Positions 10,591-20,743 of a stretch of 64,000 nucleotides of DNA are shown piece after piece (positions within the stretch are counted from its first letter, which is position 1; every line of letters starts with the position of its first letter). Source of the DNA: an uncultured Acidobacteriota bacterium (GTDB lineage: Bacteria; Acidobacteriota; UBA6911); contig CAWIVH010000019.1 of assembly GCA_963839475.1 (NCBI GenBank), forward strand, positions 202,725 to 266,724, in the 5' to 3' direction. The notes under the pieces were generated by a model, which had not been told where the DNA came from, searched no databases, and saw nothing but the letters and a program-made list of their open reading frames with translations. The position numbers and the translations under genes are program-made.

Positions 10591-10646
10591 CCAGCTCGGA
10601 GGTCACGAAGGCAGAATCTGGCCCGCGTTCATTTCCCACCATTTCC

Positions 10647-11258
10647 TCATGTGGTTGGAGGCTTGTTTTCGTAAAGTTCGCCATACAACCGCCCGACGCA
10701 ATCGGGACATATCCCGTGGGTGAACTGAGCATCAGAGCGCTTTTCTATATATTGCTCGATCTGGGTCCAGTACCCACTGTCGTCCCTGATCTTTTTGCAG
10801 GCCGAGCAGATGGGCAGTAATCCGCTGAGCGTTTTGACTTCAGCAAGGGCTTCCTGGAGTTCGAGGATGAGCTGTTGGCGTTCAACAGCATGACGGACCG
10901 TACGATAGAGACTCCGGCTATCAATCTGGCCTTTGACCAGATAATCCTGCGCGCCGGCGTTTATGAGATGGTCACCGTACTCCTGGTCCTCGAGGCTTGT
11001 CAAAACCACGATAGGCACACGGGGAAAACGAGCGCGCACCGAGGGGAAGGTATCCGCCCCATAGCTGTCCGGCAGCGATAGATCGAGCAGGACCGCGTCG
11101 AACCCCCCATCGGCGAGCTTTTGTATTCCCTCGGCCAGGGATTCCACGTGAATGAGCTCGACGGCCGATCCGGCGGCGGAGTTCAATTGGTCTCGCACCA
11201 GCCAGGCATGAGCCGGTTCATCATCAATCAACAGGACTCTGATCGACTTTCTCTTCAT
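10647..11258 (-). CDS. response regulator: receiver domain plus C-terminal Cys4 (zinc-ribbon-like) domain
   Basis: REC motifs VLLIDDE and LLDLSLPDSYG.. with a conserved Lys region (DYLVKG). Coiled-coil linker, then LPICSACKKIRDDSGYW..HGICPDCVG with two CxxC pairs. Confidence 0.85.
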   Translation of the reverse strand: MKRKSIRVLLIDDEPAHAWLVRDQLNSAAGSAVELIHVESLAEGIQKLADGGFDAVLLDLSLPDSYGADTFPSVRARFPRVPIVVLTSLEDQEYGDHLINAGAQDYLVKGQIDSRSLYRTVRHAVERQQLILELQEALAEVKTLSGLLPICSACKKIRDDSGYWTQIEQYIEKRSDAQFTHGICPDCVGRLYGELYENKPPTT

Positions 11259-11292
11259 GAGGTCCGCCTTTCGCGGACCGGGGCACCTATTC

Positions 11293-14200
11293 TCAGCTTA
11301 GGCCCGGTCTCGACGGGAGCGTGAAGAAAAATGTTGTTCCTTTTCCTTTTTCTGACACGACCCAGATTCTACCGCCGTGACGTTCGACGATGCGCTTGCA
11401 GATCGCCAGACCAATGCCGGTTCCGGAGTACCTGGTCCGGCTCTGAAGGCGCTGAAAGATGACGAAGATCCGCTCGTGGAACTGCGGCTCAATGCCGATC
11501 CCATTATCACTGACAGAAAAAAGCCATTCATCTCCCTGCCCGCTGATCCGGGCGCTGATGTGGATGCGGGGAAGCTCCTCTCCGCGGCGGAACTTGATGG
11601 CGTTGCCGATCAGGTTCTGAAACAACTGCATGAGTTGGGTCCGGTCACTCAAAACCTCGGGGAGGGGATCGTGACTGATTTGAGCCTCGCTTTCCCGGAT
11701 AGTAAGGTCAAGCTGATGCAGGGTTTCCGCCAGCACATTCTCGGAATCAATCGCCGAATAGGCCATGGGTTGAGAGCTTATCCGTGAATAAAGCAGCAGA
11801 TCATGAATGAGCCGCTGCATCCGATCCACGCCTTCGGCTATATACCTGACCAGCGGCTCAGCTCCTTCATCAAGCCTGTCCCGGTAACGCTGGAGCAGCA
11901 GCTGCGTGTAGGCGGAAACCAGCCGCAACGGCTCCTGCAGATCATGAGAAGCCACATAGGCAAATTGCTCCAATTCGCGGTTGGATCGTTCTACTTCGGC
12001 TAGCAGCTTTTTCAGTTCCGACTGGGCTTGCCGATGTACCGTGATATCGACACCCACAGCGGCCAGCCGGTGGACATACCCGTTCGGATCCCGGACCGGA
12101 GCAATGTAGTTGTCGATGATCCGTCCATGCCGCTCATCCTCGAAATGCACCAGCTCGCCGGTCCGCAGCGCCCGCTCAAGATAGGGTGCGCGATTCGATG
12201 CGACCTCCGGCGAAACAAAATCGAATACATTCCGCCCGATCATTTGTTCGGGAACGGTTCCAAACCGGGACGCGACTGTATCATTGGCAGCGAGCACGAT
12301 GTACCCTTCATCCATCAGGTAAGCCGATTCCGGGATCGCGTTGAGGAGCGTCCGAGCCGTCGCGTCACTTTCGAGCAGAGCCTCTTTCGCCAGCCCTTCC
12401 AGGAGCACCTGGGAGGTCGTATTGGCGAGATCGGCCAGCAAATTCGGCTCGTGACCAGCAATGGCATGGCGACTGAAAAGCGCCAGCACTCCCATGGGCT
12501 GCCCCTGCTCGGAAAGCAGTCGAAATCCTGCGAAGGAAACCAGGCCCAACTCCCGTGCCCACTCCGCATTGGCTATGGCAGGATCATGGACAACGTCATT
12601 GGTCACAAACCTGGCCTCAACTCCGGCTGCTATTCGTCCAACTTTGTAGGTGCCCAGAGGAACGCGGCAATGGTTACCATCAAGGTGAGTATAGCGCCCG
12701 GAGCTGGCCACGAGGTGCAGGCATTGGGTACGGTCGCGACAGGCATCCGGGCCTTCGTCGATGAGCCCATGAATGCACCCCTGCCGGCACAGATCACCCG
12801 CGCGGGTCACCCAGATCCGGGCAAAGTCCGCATCGAAGATCTTTACTACTTCGTCGCAGATCAGTTTCAGCTTGTTGGCCAGACGCGTGCCGCCGACCAG
12901 TTGTTCCTTCAGCCGGGTAAGGCCGGCTATGCGGTCCTCGACTTCCTTGCGCTCGGTAATATCCCTTGCTGCGGCATAAATCAGGGAGCCTGAAGGCACG
13001 GAACGCCATTCGATCCAGCGGTAGGATCCATCGCGACAGCGATAACGATTGGTGAAATCCAGCACTTCCTGCTGAAAAGCCAGGCGGGACGTCGCCTGAA
13101 GGGTGGATTCCACATCCTCGGGGTGCACAAAGTCGATGAACCGCTTGGCCAAGAGTTCATCGAGGGTGTAGCCCAGAACTCTGGTCCAGGCTTGATTCAG
13201 GCGCACGAACGAACCATCGGTATTCGCAATGCAAAGCAGGTCCATGGTTACGTTAAAAAAACGATCCAATTCCTGATTGGCAAGTTCCAGCTCGGCGGTT
13301 CTCTCCCGAACCAGATCTTCCAGGTGCTCGCGATGATGTTGAAGTTCGGATTCGGCGCGCTTGCGCTCGGTGACGTCACGGAGTATCCCCACTGCATTCC
13401 ACCGGCCGTCCAGGTAAACAGAAGAGATCGCAAGCTCCACGGAAATTTCAATGCCATCCTTGCGTATGGCAACCAGTTCCTGCGTCCGTCCCAAAACATT
13501 CCCTTCCCCGGAGACCTGAAACCTCGGAAACGCCTTGCTGAAATCCTCGTGATAGCGCCGGGGAGCCAGACAGCGATGCAGATCCATACCAAGCGCTTCA
13601 GCCGCCGAATAGCCCATCAACTTTTCGGCAGCTTCATTCCAGAAGGAAATCCGGCCGTCGTTGTCCAGCATGATAATGCCATCGCTGGCGGAGGTGGTAA
13701 TCGCGCGGAATTTCTGCTCACTGTCCCTCAACCTCCCTAGATTTTCGCGGAGGCTGGCAGTCATGCTGTCGAAGGTACGAGCCAGCTGCTGCAATTCCCA
13801 GGATCCTTTGTCCAGAAGGGTTCGAGCTTCAAAATCACCTTCCGCGACCCGGCGGGAGATCTCACCCAGCATTCGCACCGGTCCGAGCACCCAGCGCTCG
13901 GCCGCAAAGGATGAACAAAGCATCGTTCCTGTGAAAAAAAGCACCAGCCACAGCGCGTTCTTTAGAAGGTCATGACGGCTTTCGGCGGCAAGAAATTCCT
14001 TCGAAACCCCAACGCCTACAAAAAGACTCCCCTCGCTATTCGGCACCTCAGCAAAATGGTACAGCCGGCTGACTCCGTCCAGGCCGCGAGCCTCCCGGAA
14101 GCCGCGCTCATTGTCCTCAGCGACTTGGTATGCCGGATAGGCTTTGGACGATTTTCCGATTAATGTCTCCGAGGGAGGATTACGAGCCAGAACAATCCCG

Positions 14201-14871
14201 TTCCGGTCAATGATGTTCAACACCGCAGCCGGCGGCAGATCAGGCTTCGAAATGCATGCCTGCAGGGTCTCGAGCTTGAGTGATACATTAATGGCGGCCA
14301 GCGGCTGATTTTCCGGCTGGTCCGGCAACGGGATTCCCATGTTGATGCCAGGCATCCCGGTGATTTTGCCAACCTGGTAGTCACCGATGGCGAAGCCCCG
14401 GTTCTCCTGCAAATGCCTGAACCAAGGCTGGGAACCGCTGTTCACAGGCCCCGGCAGCGGCAATGCGCTGGCAACATTCAGCCCGTCGGAATGAGTTTGG
14501 GCGATGTTCCTGTATGCTTGGGATTGTCGCAGAACATCGGCAAACAGAGCACTCGCAGCCGGACCATTGCCGGCGCGAACCGGATCAGAATAGGCGAGTG
14601 AAATCAAGGTTTGCCGAGCGCCTTCCACCACCTGCGCAACATTGGCGGCGCAAAGTTCGCTGGTCCGCCGGGCATCGGCCTGAAGTTCATCCAGCTTGCG
14701 GAGGCGGTCCTGGTTGGCATGGTAAAACATCAGCCCGAATCCGGGGATGAGCGCGAAAACAAGAAGAATCATGAGCCGGGTACGGAGACCGGCAGCCCGT
14801 GCTGAAACCCTTCGATCGTCAGCGCTGCCGCTCATACAGGCTCCTGTTTCGCAATCACTTGCCCGATGCAC
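11293..14871 (-). CDS. multi-sensor signal-transduction histidine kinase (periplasmic Cache-like sensor, HAMP, PASx3, GAF, HisKA, HATPase)
   Basis: TM helix LMILLVFALIPGFGLMFY, a ~280-aa extracytoplasmic region and a second TM helix. HAMP. Three PAS-like repeats with coiled-coil spacers. GAF (..YTHLDGNHCRVPLGTYKVGRIAA..). H-box VASHDLQEPLRLV. ATPase boxes DNGIGIEPQFHERIF and GTGIGLAICKRIVERHGGRIWV. Confidence 0.9.
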   Translation of the reverse strand: MHRASDCETGACMSGSADDRRVSARAAGLRTRLMILLVFALIPGFGLMFYHANQDRLRKLDELQADARRTSELCAANVAQVVEGARQTLISLAYSDPVRAGNGPAASALFADVLRQSQAYRNIAQTHSDGLNVASALPLPGPVNSGSQPWFRHLQENRGFAIGDYQVGKITGMPGINMGIPLPDQPENQPLAAINVSLKLETLQACISKPDLPPAAVLNIIDRNGIVLARNPPSETLIGKSSKAYPAYQVAEDNERGFREARGLDGVSRLYHFAEVPNSEGSLFVGVGVSKEFLAAESRHDLLKNALWLVLFFTGTMLCSSFAAERWVLGPVRMLGEISRRVAEGDFEARTLLDKGSWELQQLARTFDSMTASLRENLGRLRDSEQKFRAITTSASDGIIMLDNDGRISFWNEAAEKLMGYSAAEALGMDLHRCLAPRRYHEDFSKAFPRFQVSGEGNVLGRTQELVAIRKDGIEISVELAISSVYLDGRWNAVGILRDVTERKRAESELQHHREHLEDLVRERTAELELANQELDRFFNVTMDLLCIANTDGSFVRLNQAWTRVLGYTLDELLAKRFIDFVHPEDVESTLQATSRLAFQQEVLDFTNRYRCRDGSYRWIEWRSVPSGSLIYAAARDITERKEVEDRIAGLTRLKEQLVGGTRLANKLKLICDEVVKIFDADFARIWVTRAGDLCRQGCIHGLIDEGPDACRDRTQCLHLVASSGRYTHLDGNHCRVPLGTYKVGRIAAGVEARFVTNDVVHDPAIANAEWARELGLVSFAGFRLLSEQGQPMGVLALFSRHAIAGHEPNLLADLANTTSQVLLEGLAKEALLESDATARTLLNAIPESAYLMDEGYIVLAANDTVASRFGTVPEQMIGRNVFDFVSPEVASNRAPYLERALRTGELVHFEDERHGRIIDNYIAPVRDPNGYVHRLAAVGVDITVHRQAQSELKKLLAEVERSNRELEQFAYVASHDLQEPLRLVSAYTQLLLQRYRDRLDEGAEPLVRYIAEGVDRMQRLIHDLLLYSRISSQPMAYSAIDSENVLAETLHQLDLTIRESEAQISHDPLPEVLSDRTQLMQLFQNLIGNAIKFRRGEELPRIHISARISGQGDEWLFSVSDNGIGIEPQFHERIFVIFQRLQSRTRYSGTGIGLAICKRIVERHGGRIWVVSEKGKGTTFFFTLPSRPGLS

Positions 14872-15254
14872 ACGATATGTCCGGATAGCCCTCTGTGGTG
14901 AAGAGCCGATGAGAAATGCGGGGCACTCTCCCTCATCGCAACGCCATTCTATCGAAAGAAGCGGGCGGATTCTACGATTCCCCGATAGCCCGGTCTGATT
15001 TCAGGGACGCAAATCCCTGCAATCGTGCCGGAGGGCGTCCTCAATCATGTTACTTTAGGATCGAATTTCAGGCGCAAGTATTTCCGGGGGCCCTTTTTTG
15101 CTATGCTGTCAAATTTGACAGTATCTCGAAACCTCCATGCCGGAGGAAGATCTGCAAGGAATTCTGCTACCGGCGCGATCCGTCCGGCATCATACAGCGA
15201 CTGATCCAGGAACGGATGGATGGCACCTGGGACGACGTAAGGAAAAACAATCGA

Positions 15255-16430
15255 ATGACAGACACAGATAAAAAAGTCGTGCTGGTCGTGGACGATGCTC
15301 CGGCCAACATCAGGGTCGTGAATGAAATACTCCACAACACTTATAAAGTCCGTATCGCGACGAACGGGGCCAAGGCATTGGAGCTCGCTGTAGCCGAGCC
15401 GTGCCCGGATCTAATCCTGCTCGATGTGGTCATGCCGGGAATAGACGGTTATGAGGTCTGCACCCGGCTGAAAGCCGACCCGGCCACGCGGGACATCCCC
15501 GTAATCTTCCTCACGGGCCAGACCGAAACCACCGATGAAACCCGGGGATTCGAAGTCGGGGCCGTGGACTACATCCACAAACCCTTCTCGCCCGCCGTGG
15601 TTGCGGCCAGAGTCCAGACGCACCTCGCCCTTCGCGAAGCGCGCGAACAACTCTCGCGGCAGCTGCAAGCCATTCGGGCCGAACTCGAGACCGCGCGGCA
15701 GATTCAGTCATCGATTCTTCCCCGCGAAATTCCCGCGATCCCGGGCCTGGATATTGCCGCCCGATATGAACCGATGAGTTCGGTGGCGGGCGACTTCTAC
15801 GACTTCATCGCCATCGACGAGAAACGAATCGGAATCCTGGTGGCGGACGTATCGGGGCATGGAATGCCGGCCGCTCTCATCGCGTCCATGCTGAAGATTG
15901 CCTTCGCCGCCCAATCGGCGCACGCAAGCGACCCGGCACGAGTGCTGTCCGGCCTGAACCAGGCTCTGTGCGGGAAGTTTCAGGGCCACTATGTGACAGC
16001 TGCTTATGCGCTGATCGACACTGAAAAACGCACGCTCTGCTACGCGGGCGCCGGGCACCCCCCGCTACTCCTGCGAGAATGTTCGTCAGGAAAAGCTCAA
16101 CGTATCGTCGAAAACGGCCTTTTCCTGGGATATTTCCCCCACGCCACCTACTCCTCGGTCGAAACTCCTTTCAAGGAAGGGGATTGGATTGCGATGTACA
16201 CGGACGGAATTACCGAAATGAGAGGAGAATCCGAAGAGGAATTCGGAGTGGACCGTCTTCAAGAGTTTATGGAGTGTCACCCCGATTCCACGGCTGCCGC
16301 CTTCGCCGACCTCCTGCTGGACCGGATGTCGCTGTGGAGCGGCCGCGCTTCCGGCCAGGATCCCGATGATGACGTTACGCTGCTGGCGGTCCATTTCAAA
16401 GCTGATGGAAAATCATTGGGGACCTGCTGA
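15255..16430 (+). CDS. response regulator receiver fused to PP2C/SpoIIE-type Ser/Thr phosphatase
   Basis: Start moved to the ATG at 15255 (MTDTDKKVVLVVDD, AGGA upstream). REC features DLILLDVVMPGIDG and a conserved K. PP2C/SpoIIE region SVAGDFYDFI..LVADVSGHGMPAAL..AGAGHPPLLL..DGITE. Confidence 0.85.
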   Translation: MTDTDKKVVLVVDDAPANIRVVNEILHNTYKVRIATNGAKALELAVAEPCPDLILLDVVMPGIDGYEVCTRLKADPATRDIPVIFLTGQTETTDETRGFEVGAVDYIHKPFSPAVVAARVQTHLALREAREQLSRQLQAIRAELETARQIQSSILPREIPAIPGLDIAARYEPMSSVAGDFYDFIAIDEKRIGILVADVSGHGMPAALIASMLKIAFAAQSAHASDPARVLSGLNQALCGKFQGHYVTAAYALIDTEKRTLCYAGAGHPPLLLRECSSGKAQRIVENGLFLGYFPHATYSSVETPFKEGDWIAMYTDGITEMRGESEEEFGVDRLQEFMECHPDSTAAAFADLLLDRMSLWSGRASGQDPDDDVTLLAVHFKADGKSLGTC

Positions 16431-16576
16431 CGGAAACCTGGAATCTCAGCGCCGGTTGCGGGGTTCAAAATGTCGCCCCTTTGGGGCTCATCCTCTTCCC
16501 TATCGATTCCCCGGGCTCGAGCCCGGGGCTGTTTTCTGACGCGCCTTTGGCGCTCCAGATTAAGCCCGGAGTGGAT

Positions 16577-19500
16577 ATGACCATTGCCAGAGGTTTGATT
16601 TTATTGCTTGCCATCCCCCTTCTTGCACTTGCCGGCCTCGGATACTTCGTCATAAACCAAATGGCCGGAGTCGAGAAGCATAGCCGGTTTGTGGTGGATC
16701 TGCAGGTTGCGAGCGTCGCGACGCTCGGGAATGTCATGCGCTGCTACGAAGACTCGCGCGTCAGCATTCGCAATTATCTGCTCGCGGAGGAAAAGGCAGA
16801 GCGGGATCGTGCTGAAGCGGCACTTGGCAAAAACCAGGAGGAATTGAATCGCCTGATCAAGCTCTATTCCGAAACCCTGATCTCCAGCGATGAGGATCGG
16901 CGCATGTGCACCCAGTTCCAGGATTTGAATCGCCGGTGGTCCGCCGAGGCTCAGAAACTCATCGCGCTCTCAACGGCAGGAAGGCGGCCGGAAGCTCTTA
17001 CACTGATTTTCACAGGAACCATATCGGATCTGGGATTGCGGGCAACGAATGTGTTGCGGGAGTGGATCGAGTACAATGAGCATCTCGCAAAACAGGAAGG
17101 CGCGACGACTCTCCTCGCCATCAGGGAATCCCGGCGCAACCTGCTGATCGCCATCGCACTTGCCATGGCGATATCCGGCGTTCTGGGATACATCATGTTC
17201 GGCAGGATCGTGGTGCCGATCCGGGCTCTTCAATCATCGGTTGAGACCATCGCGCAAGGCAATTACGCACAACCGGTCCCCTTCACGCGGGCCACCAATG
17301 AGATTGGCGGGCTCGCCCGCTCCATAGAAGTCCTGAAGGCGGGCGCCGCGACCATGGCGGAGCAGCGATGGGTCAAGGCCAACATTGCCAGGCTTACCGG
17401 CATGCTGCAGGGTGCAACCTCGCACGCAGAGTTCGGGAAACAGCTTCTTTCGGGATTGGTCCCGGTACTTGGCGGGGGCGTCGCGGGATTCTACCTCTTC
17501 GAACAGGAACAGGAGCAGCTCCTGCGCGTCGCCGGATACGGGCTTGCTGAAAGCGCCGCCGCAGCGGACCGGCTGCGGGTGGGCGAAGGGCTGGCCGGCC
17601 AGTGCGCGCGCGACCGTTCATCCACCGTGCTTGGGGATCTACCTCCGGACTACCTCCGCATTTCCTCGGGACTGGGCGAAGCGGCGCCCGCACAAGCAAC
17701 CGCGTGGCCGATTAAATCGAGGGACGATACTGCTGGCGGTGATGGAATTCGCATCCTTCCGTGCGTTCAACGACAGTGAACAGGCGCTTATAGACGAACT
17801 GCTGCCCGTTGTGGCCATGAGCCTCGAGGTCCTGTCGCACAACATCGCTACCCAGGAAATGCTTGTACAGACGCAGGAACAGGCGCGGCAGCTCGAAGTG
17901 CAGAACGAAGCGGCGAACAGGCGGGCCCGCTATGACGCCATGCACTCCGAAGTCGGATCCGCGCTCGTCCAGTCGCAGGACTTTCCGGGAATAATGCAGT
18001 TGTGCGCCAAGGCAATCATCCAGGGTGTGAACTCGGTTTTCTCGCGCATCTGGATGCTCGAACCTGGTACGGACTCCCTGGTTTTGTGCGCCAGCGCCGG
18101 ACTTTACACGCATCTCGACGGATCGCACGCAAAAATCAAGATCGGAGAAAGGAAGCTGGGCCGCATTGCCGCATCCCTCGAGCCCCTGGAAACAAACTCG
18201 ATCGATAGCGGACAAGGTTTTGATATGGAATGGGTGCGGGGTCAAGGAATCGCCTCATTCGCCGGATACCCGCTGGTTGTGCAGGGCCGACTGGTCGGCG
18301 TAATTGTCGCCTTTGGGCGCCATCCGATGTCGCATGAGGATTTCCAGGCACTGAGACTGGTGGCCGACCGGATCAGCCTGGGGATCCAACGCAAACAAAC
18401 CGAGGAAGAGCTGCACATCGCGAAGGAGAAAGCGGAAGAAGCCACCGCTGCGAAGTCGATGTTCCTGGCTAACATGAGCCACGAGATCCGCACCCCAATG
18501 AACGCCATCATCGGGATGACGCACCTCGCGTTGAAGACCAATATGACTCCCAAGCAGCGCGACTATCTCTCCAAGGTCAGGATCGCCGCAGGGGCGCTTC
18601 TCGGCATCATCAACGACATTCTCGACTTCTCCAAGATCGAGGCGGGCAAACTGGACATCGAAGAGGCCGACTTCCGTTTCGAGGATGTCCTCGATAATCT
18701 CTCCACCGTCGTGGCGCAAAAGGCGCATGAAAAAAATCTGGAGTTCCTGATTGCCACTCAAAAAGATATACCGCCGAACCTGGTGGGAGATCCTCTGCGC
18801 CTCGGGCAGATCCTGATCAACCTGGTCAACAACGCCGTGAAGTTCACGGAGCGTGGGGAGGTGGTCGTATCGGCAGCCATCGAGGAAAATGCTGCATCCC
18901 GCATCAAACTGAGGTTCTCGATCCGGGATACCGGCATTGGCATGACGCCGGAGCAGGCGGCACGTTTGTTCCAGGCATTCACCCAGGCCGACACCTCGAC
19001 GACGCGGAAATTCGGAGGCACCGGCCTCGGCCTTTCGATCAGCAAGCGCCTGGTCGAAATGATGGGCGGCAGCATTTGGGTGGAAAGCTCACCCGGTGTT
19101 GGCAGCACCTTCTTTTTTACAGCCTGGTTCGGCATCGGGTCGACCGCGATGGAACGTAAGCGCTTCGTCCCGGACCTGGCTGGGATCCGCGTGCTCGTGG
19201 TAGACGACAATCCCCAAGCCCGCGAAATCCTCAGCGATGCTTTGCGCGGATTCGCCTTGCGGGCCGAGCCTGTTTCATCCGGGGAAGATGCCATCAAGGA
19301 ACTGCTGGCTGCGGAAGCAAAGGATCCTTATGCCCTGGTCCTGATGGATTGGCATATGCCCGGAATGGACGGCCTGGAAGCGAGCCGGATCATCAAACTC
19401 GGGGGCCGGCTCAGGAAGGTCCCGCGCATCGTGATGGTCACGGCTTTTGGACGCGAGGAGGTCCGGGCGGAAGCGGAGAAAATCGGCGTCGACGGCTACC

Positions 19501-20660
19501 TGTTGAAACCGGTCGGCGCCTCAACGCTTTACGACACCCTGATGGATCTATTCGGCGCAGCTCCGGCAGATTCGGGCACAATCCCATCTTCAAAAGAAGA
19601 GTCGCGCGCTCAGGATGTGGCTGGTGTGCGGATTCTGCTCGTGGAAGACAATGAGATGAACCAGCAGGTCGCCACGGAACTGCTGGAAAGTGCCGGAGCC
19701 GTTGTAACCATCGCCAATCACGGGGGCGAAGCCGTCAGGATCCTGAAGGAAACCGCCGGGACCCATGGTTTCGACGTCGTGCTCATGGACCTGCAAATGC
19801 CGGAGATGGACGGCTATACGGCCACAAAACTCCTCCGGGCGGATCCGCAATTCAAAAACCTGCCGATCATTGCGATGACGGCACATGCTCTGGTGGAGGA
19901 GCGGCAGCGCTGTCTCGAAGCCGGCATGAATGACCATGTTACGAAACCGATCGACCCTGATGCGTTGATCGCGGCCTTGAGACGCTGGACGAAACCAAGG
20001 AAGCAGGACGGAATCGCGGCGGCTGCCAAACCAGCTCCGGAGGTAGAGATAAAACTGCCCGAGATCGAGGGAATTGATTTTGAAGATGGACTGAAGCGCG
20101 TGGCGGGGAACAGACGCCTTTACAGGGGTCTGCTCGAGCAGTTCGTCAGCAGGGAGATGGATGCTGGCGGTAGGATCGCCGCCGCCATCCGGGGCGGCGA
20201 CTATATCCTGGCCGGCCGCATAGCCCATACTGTGAAGGGTGTGGCCGGAAATCTGGGGATCAGACCGGTCCAGTCGGCAGCCGAAAAAATTGAAAAAGCT
20301 ATCCGTGAGGAAGGAACGGTCGGAGCCGCACTGATCGAGGGGTTCGGAACAACACTCGGCAACATCGTTCGGGCCATTCAGCAAGGGCTTGCCGGGACCG
20401 AATCTGCGGAAATGGCTGCCAGAGTCCAGGAAGCCTTCGATCCGGGGGCGGCTTCGTCGGCTGTGGCGCGGCTTCGGGCGCTAATCGAAGCCAACGACGG
20501 GGACGCAGCGGACACCTTCATGGACGTGCAGAAAGCCTTGGGTGGTGTGGTCGACAAGTCACAGCTCGATTTCCTGCGTGATGCCATTGCCGACTTCGAC
20601 TTCGATCGGGCGCTTCCCCTGCTCTCGGAGATCGCCATGAAAGCGGGTGTTGGGTCCTGA
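16577..20660 (+). pseudogene. hybrid histidine kinase (TM, 4-helix-bundle sensor, HAMP, GAF, GAF, HisKA, HATPase, REC, REC, HPt) interrupted by a single frameshift near 17725
   Basis: Track ORF 16481..17779 (start moved to ATG 16577, MTIARGLILLLAIPLLALAG, GGAG upstream) encodes the sensor, HAMP and GAF. Track ORF 17385..20660 continues the same GAF domain (..[14 protein letters not shown]..) only after a +1 shift. Its first ~105 codons are Arg-rich and non-protein-like. Downstream: H-box [37 protein letters not shown], two REC domains and a C-terminal HPt (..[13 protein letters not shown]..). Either a genuine pseudogene or an indel error in the sequence. Confidence 0.75.
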
Positions 20661-20743
20661 TTCTTCGATTTGGCGCCAGCCGCATCATACCGTACGGCCC
20701 GGCAATGACCCCGGCAGGAATTCCCGCGGGCTCCTTCGCCGGG

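Noticed and set aside
17385-17700. N-terminal ~105 codons of track ORF 17385..20660 ([26 protein letters not shown]..).
   Set aside because: Arg/Ser-rich and low complexity. It overlaps the well-formed GAF domain in the other frame. Only the part after ~17725 is real coding sequence.
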